From: a virus
Reading direction: 5' to 3' (one strand)
Virus record (IMG/VR): IMGVR_UViG_3300036770_005682
Location: 73,812 to 137,811 of that record
DNA: 64,000 bases
How positions within the stretch are numbered: the first letter of the stretch is position 1; each line of letters begins with the position of its first letter. A model generated the notes under the pieces. That model was not told the DNA's origin and ran no database searches. It was given only the letters and a program-made list of their open reading frames with translations. Positions 34,824-43,322 of this stretch are shown piece by piece. The position numbers and the translations under genes are program-made.

Positions 34824-35180
34824 TTGGCGCGGAAAAAATTGTCCGATAAAAAAGTTCCGGTAGAAAACCTCCCATACTTTTCCTCCGTAACAGAAGATTC
34901 GGTATTTCAGGTTTTCACTATTTGGGTGGATACTTTTTGGTCCGGACGCGGACGACGTCCTGAGTTGACGCATAGCCGGCGCGACGCCATCACTCGAGGA
35001 ATAGCTGGACATGGCCTCCAGAAGGCTATTAAGGCCGTACGGGGCTGTTCACAGTCCGAGTTCCACATGGGCGGGAACGACCTGGGGAAGCAGTACACGT
35101 CGCTCGAGCTCATCTTCCGCGATGACTGGCGCATCAAGAAATTCGCTAGCATGTACAAACCGACGGTGGAGGAAGAATGA
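34824..35180 (+). CDS. replication-initiator C-terminal-like protein
   Basis: W......LT..RR..I....G......AV.GC..S.FHMG.ND.GK.Y..LELIFRD...I.KF. Confidence 0.55.
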   Translation: MARKKLSDKKVPVENLPYFSSVTEDSVFQVFTIWVDTFWSGRGRRPELTHSRRDAITRGIAGHGLQKAIKAVRGCSQSEFHMGGNDLGKQYTSLELIFRDDWRIKKFASMYKPTVEEE

Positions 35181-35647
35181 CCAAGGATGAAGTAGTCAAA
35201 GCAGTAGAACTTCTCTACTCGCACTGGAATGACCGCCTGCCCAGCTCAGATGCCCCCAAGAAGGCCGCTCTGCGTGCCTGGGCCGAGTTTCTTATTGACC
35301 TTGACTACGAAGCCGTCGTCCGAGCCATATCGCACGCAGCCGTCTACGACACGTACATGCCGCGTCCAGGTCAGATTCGGAAAGCCGTACTCCAGGAGTG
35401 CAGCCAATTACCAATCCCCCCGACTCCCGTGGAGGCTTGGGGTCAAGTTCGCTCTCTATGCGAATCAGTAGCGACTGGGACTTACAGCGAAGATAGCTTT
35501 CATCCCTGCGTGCTCGCCACAGTACGACAAATGGGAGGCATCGCCGGCGTCTCAGTGAACACAAACGGGGACCGAACATACTTCTTGGAAGCGTATCAGG
35601 AGCAAGTACGAGCCTGGGAAAAGCTCCACTATAAACTGATTCCGTGA
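35177..35647 (+). CDS. helicase loader/inhibitor (G39P-like)
   Basis: MT.DE....V..L...W, W...L.DL.Y..V..A, P.P..IR, EAW..V. Confidence 0.65.
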   Translation: MTKDEVVKAVELLYSHWNDRLPSSDAPKKAALRAWAEFLIDLDYEAVVRAISHAAVYDTYMPRPGQIRKAVLQECSQLPIPPTPVEAWGQVRSLCESVATGTYSEDSFHPCVLATVRQMGGIAGVSVNTNGDRTYFLEAYQEQVRAWEKLHYKLIP

Positions 35648-35661
35648 ATTAACATCTTGCC

Positions 35662-35841
35662 ATGCGCAAGAGGATGGGCCGACCGGCCAAACACGCTGCC
35701 GGCGACACGACGATTACTTTACGCGTCCCTGCCGACATCAAGAACCGGATTGTCGACATGGCAGACGCTTACGACATGACGATTACCGAGTACCTCTTGA
35801 CACTTGTGGAGAGAGATGTCTCGGACACCCCAGCGCGCTGA
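35662..35841 (+). CDS. ribbon-helix-helix protein (59 aa)
   Basis: Read manually: GRP....TITLRVPADIKNRIVDMADAYDMTITEYL. Confidence 0.75.
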   Translation: MRKRMGRPAKHAAGDTTITLRVPADIKNRIVDMADAYDMTITEYLLTLVERDVSDTPAR

Positions 35842-36154
35842 GTTACCAGACGGTAAGTACAACCTCGTCGTCCAGATACCGGGCTGGCTGAAGAACGAGA
35901 TACTCGACGCCTGCGGGGACGCGAGAATCAACCAGTGGGTTTCGACGGTGTTGTATGAGGCTGTGCGCGAAGCACGCGGCCTGCCGCCTGCGCCGCCACC
36001 AGCCGCGCCGAAGCCGACGACTGCCGACCAGATACGGGCCTACATGGTTGGTGAAACACTGCTCCAACCGTGTGGGAAGACCGACTGCGAACCAGTCTGG
36101 CAGGAAATACAAAACATGCAGTTTTGTGAAAAATGCGGTGTGCGGGGTATCTAG
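35816..36154 (+). CDS. RHH-like protein with C-terminal Cys cluster
   Basis: NLVVQIP.WLK..I...INQWV; PCG..DC...CEKC. Confidence 0.7.
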   Translation: MSRTPQRAELPDGKYNLVVQIPGWLKNEILDACGDARINQWVSTVLYEAVREARGLPPAPPPAAPKPTTADQIRAYMVGETLLQPCGKTDCEPVWQEIQNMQFCEKCGVRGI

Positions 36155-36189
36155 CGCCCTTTATTCACCACGGTGGCGGAAGTGTGTTA

Positions 36190-36540
36190 TCAGTCGCCCC
36201 ACATTTGCGACAGCGTCGGTCTAGTCGGTCCGATTCCCCTACGTCTCTGTTCTGCCGCCAGTTGTCGGCTCGTCATTCCTGCCCATATCCCATGCATGTC
36301 AGCCACAGGGAACTCCAGGGCGTAATCCAGACACTGGGTTCGTACGAAGCATCCGTCGCATAGTGCTCTTGCCCCAGGTATGTAGCTGATGTCCTTATGC
36401 CCCTTCGGGAACATCTCGTTCGTACGTCCTTTACAGTTTGCGTAGAACATCCAGCCGTTATCTTGTATATCTTGTTCCGATGGTGGCTCGGGTACTTCTA
36501 GTACGTCTTCTTCACCGGGTACTTCTAGTTGTTCTTCCAC
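36190..36540 (-). CDS. whiB: WhiB family transcription regulator (second copy)
   Basis: W...ANC....FP...A..LCDGC.V...C..YAL...GIWAG. Confidence 0.9.
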   Translation of the reverse strand: MEEQLEVPGEEDVLEVPEPPSEQDIQDNGWMFYANCKGRTNEMFPKGHKDISYIPGARALCDGCFVRTQCLDYALEFPVADMHGIWAGMTSRQLAAEQRRRGIGPTRPTLSQMWGD

Positions 36541-37162
36541 TGACTGCCTTTGGCTTAGTGGTAGGTTCTTGGATATGGGTCGAGTACGGTGCCCCTGTGC
36601 CAGGGTCGTACTTCGCAGCAATAGCAATAGCCTTGAGGGCTACCCTCTTCGCCTGCTGCAGTTCTAGCTTTTTTCCATTCACCAGAGCTTGTATTGCCCC
36701 CAGGGCGTACTGTGCTCCACTGCCGATGGCGTATAGGCCAGAAGAATCAATAATCCACGAATAATCACTGTCAACTATGTAAATGACTCCATTTACCGAA
36801 ACCATGAGTGTGGAACCATGTTCGGCTACATGTTGACTAGAGTCTCTTTCGGGTAAAGAATATCCGTGATAATCAAAGCAGGACCGTAGTTCGGGTATGA
36901 ACTTTAGGGTCATGTAGGCGTCAAGCTTTTTCCCAGTGACAGCCGGTGGCGGTGGTGGAACAAAAGCATGCGCAAGGAGATTTATGGCTCGTAGGTCTCC
37001 GGCAGCACCCAGTAGGAACTGTTTACTGTTGGTAATCTTGTTTACTCCCCCGCCAAGCGTAGAAGTAGACAAAATCTCTCCATCTCTCCCTATATCGGAT
37101 ATACGAGAGTCTCCTACCATGAGAGAGTATCCATCTCCCTGTATTCCTATTATGGTGGTCAT
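36512..37162 (-). CDS. Ntn-hydrolase protease (HslV/proteasome beta-like)
   Basis: N-terminal MTTI Thr nucleophile, GDSR, KI, GAAGD, AIGSG..YALGA. Confidence 0.85.
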   Translation of the reverse strand: MTTIIGIQGDGYSLMVGDSRISDIGRDGEILSTSTLGGGVNKITNSKQFLLGAAGDLRAINLLAHAFVPPPPPAVTGKKLDAYMTLKFIPELRSCFDYHGYSLPERDSSQHVAEHGSTLMVSVNGVIYIVDSDYSWIIDSSGLYAIGSGAQYALGAIQALVNGKKLELQQAKRVALKAIAIAAKYDPGTGAPYSTHIQEPTTKPKAVSGRTTRSTR

Positions 37163-37209
37163 CGCTGCCTCTGCTTTACGTTGCGGTTTGAAATGCCGCG
37201 CGTCTTTAG

Positions 37210-38382
37210 TCAGACCTTATATTCAGTGCCACGGAAGGCGCACCAACCGTCATAAATCAGGACCGACTCATAGGAGAAGCGGTGTTCTCCGCTGTCCTCG
37301 TATGTCACGACACCAAGCCCCTGTTGCCAGTCCTCATGGCGCACCAGAGGGCGTCCGTCAAGGTCTACTCCGCCTTTTGTTGACGGGATAGCACCGTCAA
37401 TACGGGCCAGACAGCCTGGTGATGCTGCCATCACCGTCTTTGGGCCGTCGTAATCCTCGCGGGTCTTGTATGCCATCTCGATTCGGTGGATATGTCCATA
37501 GATAACGGACACCTTTTCATTACTCAGGTATCGGGTTGCTGTCACGCCATTGGAATTGACACGGTCGCCGTGGATAACACGGAGCTTCTCATTTATCCAG
37601 CAGTGTGATGCGGGATAACCAGGGAAGTACTCCACTCCGTACTCGTCCATACGGCACAGGTAAGGGACAGTCATTACTGGCCAATCGGCTGGGGTATTTC
37701 CCCTGCGAAGTCCATAGGCCGCCGCCGCATTGGTCAGAAGGTACTTGGGCAGTCTTTCCTCATGGTTTCCTGCCAACCAGCGTATTGCCGCCCCTGGTGC
37801 TGCCGCTCTCATCTGTGCGCATAGGGTCGTTGCAGCGTCAATAGACGCTTGCGTTGTCTGCTGAAATGCCGGCGTCGTCAGGTACTTACCCATTTCCGGT
37901 AGGTCCAGGTTATCGCCCACACAGACAATCAGGTCAGGCTGAAGGTCTGTGATAATCGCCAGAGCGATACTGATAGCACGCTCGTCATGAGTGGGCTCGA
38001 GCTGCCCATCAGCATTCCTGAAATATCCGATTTGGATATCAGGTACTATCACGGCTGTTTTGAACCCTTTTGTACGTTTCTTGGGAATCTTGACTTTTGG
38101 TAATTGCACTGACGGCCCAGGATGAATAACTGGCCATTGAGGGCCGTCTTCAAAGGCCGGAGAGAACTGAAGTGCCACCAAATCGTGTACTTCGGCTTCA
38201 CCTTCTTCGTTCTTTGTCAATGATTGATACAAAGACACTCTTTTAATGGAGCCGACTTCGTCAATATTGATGTTCTTCCTCTCCAGCATGGCCGCGATAT
38301 CACCAAGGACCTTTGTGCGGTTGTCCTTACGCTGTTGCTCTGTAGAGAGGTTCTTCAGATTGTCTGCTAGTTTCTTAGTCAT
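37210..38382 (-). CDS. calcineurin-like metallophosphoesterase
   Basis: PD.Q, GD.LD, GNHE, HGD, GHIH motifs. Confidence 0.88.
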   Translation of the reverse strand: MTKKLADNLKNLSTEQQRKDNRTKVLGDIAAMLERKNINIDEVGSIKRVSLYQSLTKNEEGEAEVHDLVALQFSPAFEDGPQWPVIHPGPSVQLPKVKIPKKRTKGFKTAVIVPDIQIGYFRNADGQLEPTHDERAISIALAIITDLQPDLIVCVGDNLDLPEMGKYLTTPAFQQTTQASIDAATTLCAQMRAAAPGAAIRWLAGNHEERLPKYLLTNAAAAYGLRRGNTPADWPVMTVPYLCRMDEYGVEYFPGYPASHCWINEKLRVIHGDRVNSNGVTATRYLSNEKVSVIYGHIHRIEMAYKTREDYDGPKTVMAASPGCLARIDGAIPSTKGGVDLDGRPLVRHEDWQQGLGVVTYEDSGEHRFSYESVLIYDGWCAFRGTEYKV

Positions 38383-38690
38383 TAGACTTCCTCTGTGTAT
38401 TTGTCAGGAAAGCACTCGCAGCGGCTGGAACCAGCAGCAGTGAAGCACGCCCTCTTTTGTACGACTGTGGAACGTGCAATTGTGAACCCAGCCTCACGGA
38501 GACTGTTGCAAATGCTGTTGGAGCTAGCTGAACTACGCATTGCGTCGAACAGCGCCTCCCGCGTTTCCGAGTCGAGCTCGTTGGCAAGCCGACCGAAAGC
38601 GCAGCTACCCGCGCTTGTTACAGTCAGGCTATTCAGCCTGTCCTTCAGAGACAGAGCTTGTGGTTGCTCTGGTTTGGCATGTATGCTCAT
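38382..38690 (-). CDS. small HTH-like protein
   Basis: C.......L...R..L..A......I...L...G......V...R.C.C pattern, commonly upstream of phage phosphoesterases. Confidence 0.7.
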   Translation of the reverse strand: MSIHAKPEQPQALSLKDRLNSLTVTSAGSCAFGRLANELDSETREALFDAMRSSASSNSICNSLREAGFTIARSTVVQKRACFTAAGSSRCECFPDKYTEEV

Positions 38691-38738
38691 GGATAATCAA
38701 CCTCCCGCATGGATTGCCATTGATGAATAATACTATTA

Positions 38739-38752
38739 CAAACATATGTTCG
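38739..38752. promoter_or_regulatory. near-consensus LexA box between divergent genes
   Basis: CAAACATATGTTCG next to a TTGACT on the - strand. Confidence 0.5.
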
Positions 38753-38771
38753 CGAGTCAAGGATAGTTCGG

Positions 38772-39200
38772 ATGTCAATAGATAAAAGGCGAAAAGAGTA
38801 TGGTGGCCTCACTGAGCCGCTCGAAGCCCTCATCAAGCAGGGAATCACTGAAAAGCGTTCACCCCAGGAACTAGCAATAGAAATAGCTAAGGCACTTGAT
38901 GGCAAAAGCGCACAATACGCATCTGATGGAATATCGATGCTGACAGCACCAGCAAGGATGCTCATCACCCTTCTTCTTGAGCCTTCGATGACTCAGCGCG
39001 CACTATCTATTTATCTGGGTATTTCAGAGGCCGCAGTGCAGAAAACGATACGCCAATTGACCGACATGAAGCTCGTAGCAAAGACAAAAGTTCAAAACAA
39101 AAATATGTACACAGTTGATGTCGACAAGTTTCTCAACTTGAGTGATATCAGGTACCTTCAGCAGGCAGTTTCGGCCGCTATCGAGAGCGAACCGTTCTAG
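38772..39200 (+). CDS. MarR-like winged HTH regulator
   Basis: P.MTQR.L...LGISE.AV...I..L....LV. Confidence 0.8.
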   Translation: MSIDKRRKEYGGLTEPLEALIKQGITEKRSPQELAIEIAKALDGKSAQYASDGISMLTAPARMLITLLLEPSMTQRALSIYLGISEAAVQKTIRQLTDMKLVAKTKVQNKNMYTVDVDKFLNLSDIRYLQQAVSAAIESEPF

Positions 39201-39514
39201 TTTTGGGCTTCAGCCCACGCAGAAAAGATTTCGTCCTTAGTGGGGATTATCCACAACTGAGACGCTTCTAGGGGGTTGTCAAAGTCCCCGATAAAAGCCC
39301 AAGCAAAATCGAGCATCGGTTCTGCGTTTACCACCCCAACATTGCACTCAAGACCATAAATGTCAATAAACAGCTTAAATACGCAGATTCCGTGCTTATT
39401 TCTGCAGGGTCCGGTTTCCGAGGGGCAGTTGATTGCGGAGATTATTAAATTCGACTTATCAATAATGAACTCTATTGAGTGGCCATCATTGTGCCACGTC
39501 ATCTCTTTTTCCAT
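39197..39514 (-). CDS. hypothetical protein
   Basis: 105-aa ORF in an operon. Confidence 0.7.
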   Translation of the reverse strand: MEKEMTWHNDGHSIEFIIDKSNLIISAINCPSETGPCRNKHGICVFKLFIDIYGLECNVGVVNAEPMLDFAWAFIGDFDNPLEASQLWIIPTKDEIFSAWAEAQN

Positions 39515-39696
39515 TACTGAAGTTTATCTACTTCTCGTTGCAGGAGCATGACCGCCTCGCCTATACTGGGGTTGTCTAGGTTGCGAATGCGAATATTGCG
39601 AAGAAGCCAGCGTACGTTCTCTGGCTTGCTGATGTCACGCCGCATAGCAGGGACATCCATTTCTCGAAGAAGAATATTTAAACGAATAGGTGCCAT
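39514..39696 (-). CDS. hypothetical protein
   Basis: MDVP..RR...N.RWLLRN motif; TAATG coupling. Confidence 0.65.
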   Translation of the reverse strand: MAPIRLNILLREMDVPAMRRDISKPENVRWLLRNIRIRNLDNPSIGEAVMLLQREVDKLQ

Positions 39697-39784
39697 AGGC
39701 GCATACTACAGGGGTTTCAGGTAGGCGCGGATAAATTTAGAAAAAATCCTACATCCCCTTGACGGGCGCATAGGCCCACTTATA

Positions 39785-40051
39785 TTATACAGCCTTTGAG
39801 CGTGACTTCTTTGCTGCGGTCATTGAATTATCTCCACCAAAAGCAGCAGATATTTCATCCTTGTCGAGTACGCCGTCGTCAGCATATGACTTGAGCAGCG
39901 ACTCGGTGACTTTTGCAGCAGCCATCACGCCAGCGATAGCAGCGCTCTTCCACAGCTCTACACCGAAAACGGCACCACCAGCTATCGCGGCAAGGGCGCT
40001 GGAGCCAAACACCGCACCAACGCGGCCAACTAGAGATAGAAATGTTTTCAT
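39785..40051 (-). CDS. holin-like membrane protein
   Basis: Two Ala/Gly-rich helices, DG.L...EI..AF; in the lysis cluster. Confidence 0.6.
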   Translation of the reverse strand: MKTFLSLVGRVGAVFGSSALAAIAGGAVFGVELWKSAAIAGVMAAAKVTESLLKSYADDGVLDKDEISAAFGGDNSMTAAKKSRSKAV

Positions 40052-40284
40052 GATGGAACTTCCTCTTTTTTCATAGTGACAGAAGTCACACAATTCTTTG
40101 AGCAATATCTGGATTCGCCAATAATGCGAATCATCCCACGAACAGTTTCGCGGCCACATTTGTCGCAGGCGCACCTAGCTGTCTTGGAACCAATGAACAT
40201 GGTGAGTGTGCCATATATTGCTGGGTCTTCAGCCTTTTGCTTCGACTGTCCTGCAATCGGTTTTGCTGGTTTTTTGCCGGCCAT
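40048..40284 (-). CDS. small Zn-binding protein
   Basis: CDKC...YCSKNC. Confidence 0.7.
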   Translation of the reverse strand: MAGKKPAKPIAGQSKQKAEDPAIYGTLTMFIGSKTARCACDKCGRETVRGMIRIIGESRYCSKNCVTSVTMKKEEVPS

Positions 40285-40514
40285 TATTCTTCTCCATCGC
40301 TTTTGCTCTTACCGGCGAAATATCCGCCAATGATTCCGATGAGACCAACTAGGGCATTCTGTACCAGGGCTATGGCTTCGGGGTTTGTCGCAACTGTTTC
40401 ACCGGTCTGGTTCTGTGCATACAGCAGAGATGCATACTCACCCAAGACAACAAGCCCAATGAAACCCAAAATACCCAGGGTTATATAAATCATGAGCTTG
40501 TCTTTTATTTTCAT
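40284..40514 (-). CDS. two-TM membrane protein (holin candidate)
   Basis: Two transmembrane helices, GIIGGYF. Confidence 0.7.
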   Translation of the reverse strand: MKIKDKLMIYITLGILGFIGLVVLGEYASLLYAQNQTGETVATNPEAIALVQNALVGLIGIIGGYFAGKSKSDGEE

Positions 40515-40762
40515 TAGAATTCGCCTTTTGCGTGGTCCCTGATGTGCTGGTCAATTTTTTGCTCTGTCCGCTCCACTCCCTTTTCCACTCTGTCAATGGA
40601 AATACCGAGAGATTTACCTAAGTTGTCAATCTTGTCGACAACAAAGTTGTGGTCTTGTTTATTTTCATCCCAGCGAGAATTGTTTTTTCTTCTCCCGGAC
40701 TCAACCATGGCTACAAGAATCGCGCCAAAGGTCGTGATAAGTGCAACGTATACGGCTTCCAT
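40514..40762 (-). CDS. TM plus coiled-coil lysis-cassette protein
   Basis: N-terminal TM, C-terminal ID.HI.DH as in actinophage lysis cassettes. Confidence 0.7.
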   Translation of the reverse strand: MEAVYVALITTFGAILVAMVESGRRKNNSRWDENKQDHNFVVDKIDNLGKSLGISIDRVEKGVERTEQKIDQHIRDHAKGEF

Positions 40763-40777
40763 GGCGAAAAGTGGCTA

Positions 40778-41578
40778 TCAGCCGAACATGGCCTTCCATG
40801 TTTTAGGACCGACCTTGGTGCCTTTTCCTAGGCCGTTCTTCTCGCGCCATGCGGATACTGCCTGGCCTGTCTTTGCCCCAAAATCGCCGTCTGGCTTGGC
40901 TCCGACCTTTGCTTGAACGAGTTTAACCGCTTTTCCCTTTGAACCAACATCCAGGTCACCAGGGAATGCAGGGCCGGATGGGCTTGCAGCAGGGGCAGCA
41001 GGTGCGGCTGGGGCAGCAGCAGGTGCAGAGCCGCCACTAACAGCGGCAGGAGGGGTATCGCCGCAGACGTACTGCCAGTGCCATGCTTCAAACTCTGGTG
41101 ACTTCGGGTTATCCCCTTGGAGGTAGAAACCGTACTTTGGTGCGTTTTCGCACATCCATTCGAGGCACTTCCCGCCCATCGAGGTGAGTTTGCCTTTTAC
41201 TTCGTAACCAAGGTCTATCGCGAGACCAAATCCATGATTTGAATTGCCAGGGGTTGAGCTTGGGGCTTTACCGGGCTTGAGGTACCAAGTCTTGCCTTCG
41301 TACTTACGGGTGACCTGTGGTTTTCTACCCATGTCTTTCTCGCTGTAACGGTCTTTGAACATTGCAAGCTGACCCTCGAACGGGCGGAAGTCGCCGACGT
41401 TGCGCAGTTTGAACCCGGCTGCAAGTGCTGCGTCATACATCATGTTGAATGCATCAGCAGCTTCTGTCCACATGACACCGCCGGTCTTGACCTTTTTTAG
41501 CATTTTCGGCGTCAACTTGCCGTTGCCTACTTTTTCAACTTCCTTAGGTAGCACCATCTTTTTGTATGGATACTTCAT
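40778..41578 (-). CDS. endolysin: M15 Zn-peptidase plus peptidoglycan-binding domain
   Basis: R....Q, PG.SNHG.GLAID, E.WHW; Ala/Pro linker; GSKG.AV..VQ...DG.FG..T...V..W...G.VGPKTW. Confidence 0.9.
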   Translation of the reverse strand: MKYPYKKMVLPKEVEKVGNGKLTPKMLKKVKTGGVMWTEAADAFNMMYDAALAAGFKLRNVGDFRPFEGQLAMFKDRYSEKDMGRKPQVTRKYEGKTWYLKPGKAPSSTPGNSNHGFGLAIDLGYEVKGKLTSMGGKCLEWMCENAPKYGFYLQGDNPKSPEFEAWHWQYVCGDTPPAAVSGGSAPAAAPAAPAAPAASPSGPAFPGDLDVGSKGKAVKLVQAKVGAKPDGDFGAKTGQAVSAWREKNGLGKGTKVGPKTWKAMFG

Positions 41579-41680
41579 CTTGTTCCTTTTAAGTCGTAGT
41601 GGACGTATGCGAGAAGGCATATGCATATTTTACAACACAAATAAAGCTACTTGCGTTAACAACTAAAAGTAAGAAGTGTA

Positions 41681-43114
41681 CTATTTGTAAGACTTCTTGA
41701 CGCGGCCAAGAGTAGAAATTGCCACGCCGATACACATAATCCACAAGCCAATAATTAAGGTCCGCCAAGAATCGCTACCAGTCTCGGGGAGTGGTCCGTG
41801 ACTATGAGTGCTGTGGTCATGGACTGTCGTGGTTGTTGATTCCACCATCCGCCCGTCAACTGTTTGCACAAGGCTCGTTGTTGGGGCGACAGTCGTAGTA
41901 TCCGCAACTGTCGTTGTGGGCGCATCGGTCGTAGGAACAGTTGTGGGCGCAACAATTTCAGGGGAAGTAGTTGCGGGTGCAACTGTTGTAGTCGTAGGGG
42001 GTTCTGTCGTGGTCGTCGGAGGATTCCATGAAACCGTCGCAGATACGGTTTTTGCCACACCGTTTACTGTTGCTGTGGCCGTGTAAACAGCCGTGCCCTG
42101 AGTGTTTGTACGTACAGTTATTGTTGCAACTCCACTTGAGTCGGTTGTCGCTGTGAATGTTTGGCCAGCATCAGGGCCGGCGCTCACTGTCACCGTTACC
42201 GTTACGCCAGATTGCGGAACGCCAGCCAATGTTTGTGCGGTTGCTGTAATTGTTAGGTCCTCTCCGGCGTTGGGATTCGTAGGAGAAATAGCCAAAGTGA
42301 AAGAACTAGGAAGAGACACCGAGCCGCCACCAATCGATACGGCCACTCTTGCGCTAGTTGGAGAAGGGTATGGATAGTCAACTAGGGTTTTTAGAGTTCC
42401 TACGTTCCCAGTAAAGTATCCATGCCAACAGGCAGCAGTCATTTCATTTGTTAGACCAAAATCTGCCATTCCATCCGGTGTTGCGTCTGGGCCACCGTTG
42501 CAACCACCATTGTTATACACAGCATTTGGTAAAAGCGCAGTCAGCCAGCCGTATGTTCCCATGTTTGCAAACAATCCACCGCCAGAGTTGACGAAGTCTG
42601 CTATCACTTCTGCGTTGGATGTAAACACTGATTCAACAGCAGTTGGGCGACTCCAGTTGTCTGGTATCCATATGATTGCTGGCCTAAGAGTGTTTATGTT
42701 TGAAAAAAAGTTATTTACTTCTGTAGCGGAGTTGTAGAAATTAACTGTTGGCGCTGCGGTGAACTGCCCTAGATACTTTGTGGTCAGCAGTGTGTTCCAG
42801 TTTCCGCCACACGAGTTTGTTGTGCCATTTGTTCCCAGAATAGCTATGGTGCCATTGTTCACAGAACTTACTGAGTCATAGGTTTTCTTCAATACCTGGG
42901 CTATGTATCCCCATGTTCCTTCGTATCCAGAATGGCAAACCGGGTCCATTCCGTCCAAGACAATTGGCCCGCCTGTCCCAGATGCATTAGCAACGCTAAT
43001 TATTTCAGTGTTGGTAAACGGAATAGACGAACCGAGCGATAGGCTCGAGAACACCATGATTGCTCCAAAGACGACAAGCAATCTGGAAAGTGACTGTTTA
43101 ATATTATTTTTCAC
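41681..43114 (-). CDS. secreted surface protein with Ig-like domain, Thr-rich stalk and LPETG sortase signal
   Basis: Signal peptide; GVTVTV...ATTDSSGVATIT Big_1-like domain; LPETG, hydrophobic helix, basic tail. Confidence 0.8.
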   Translation of the reverse strand: MKNNIKQSLSRLLVVFGAIMVFSSLSLGSSIPFTNTEIISVANASGTGGPIVLDGMDPVCHSGYEGTWGYIAQVLKKTYDSVSSVNNGTIAILGTNGTTNSCGGNWNTLLTTKYLGQFTAAPTVNFYNSATEVNNFFSNINTLRPAIIWIPDNWSRPTAVESVFTSNAEVIADFVNSGGGLFANMGTYGWLTALLPNAVYNNGGCNGGPDATPDGMADFGLTNEMTAACWHGYFTGNVGTLKTLVDYPYPSPTSARVAVSIGGGSVSLPSSFTLAISPTNPNAGEDLTITATAQTLAGVPQSGVTVTVTVSAGPDAGQTFTATTDSSGVATITVRTNTQGTAVYTATATVNGVAKTVSATVSWNPPTTTTEPPTTTTVAPATTSPEIVAPTTVPTTDAPTTTVADTTTVAPTTSLVQTVDGRMVESTTTTVHDHSTHSHGPLPETGSDSWRTLIIGLWIMCIGVAISTLGRVKKSYK

Positions 43115-43322
43115 TAGAATCTTCCTCGTCTTCTTTTTTCATTGCTTGCCAGAGGGAACCAACAAGATGTACGACCAGGGCAGCTACCGAAATCCAGATG
43201 CCCTGTGAGCGAGTGTCTCCAGAGAGGGTTATGAGAACCGTTCCGGTTCCAGCCAAAGTCCAAGCAAGGGCGTGAAACTCTGTCCCTAACGCCTTGACAA
43301 ACTTAATGACGAAACCTTTCAT
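43104..43322 (-). CDS. small two-TM membrane protein
   Basis: AWTLAGTG.VLITLSG.T motif; coupled to both neighbours. Confidence 0.7.
   Translation of the reverse strand: MKGFVIKFVKALGTEFHALAWTLAGTGTVLITLSGDTRSQGIWISVAALVVHLVGSLWQAMKKEDEEDSSEK

Larger units (their letters stand above)
17634..36183 (+). repeat. dispersed co-oriented 15-bp motif GACGGTGGYGGAAGA, 17 copies
   Basis: Starts at 17634, 18517, 19243, 19891, 20579, 21244, 23147, 23898, 25339, 26211, 29935, 30634, 32904, 33779, 34446, 35162, 36169 (0-2 mismatches); all on +; most have CGGGGCT about 15-35 bp upstream. Confidence 0.95.

Noticed and set aside
17634-36183. Motif array as a CRISPR array
   Set aside because: The repeats are only 15-26 bp and are separated by 650-3700 bp containing whole genes; no cas genes are present
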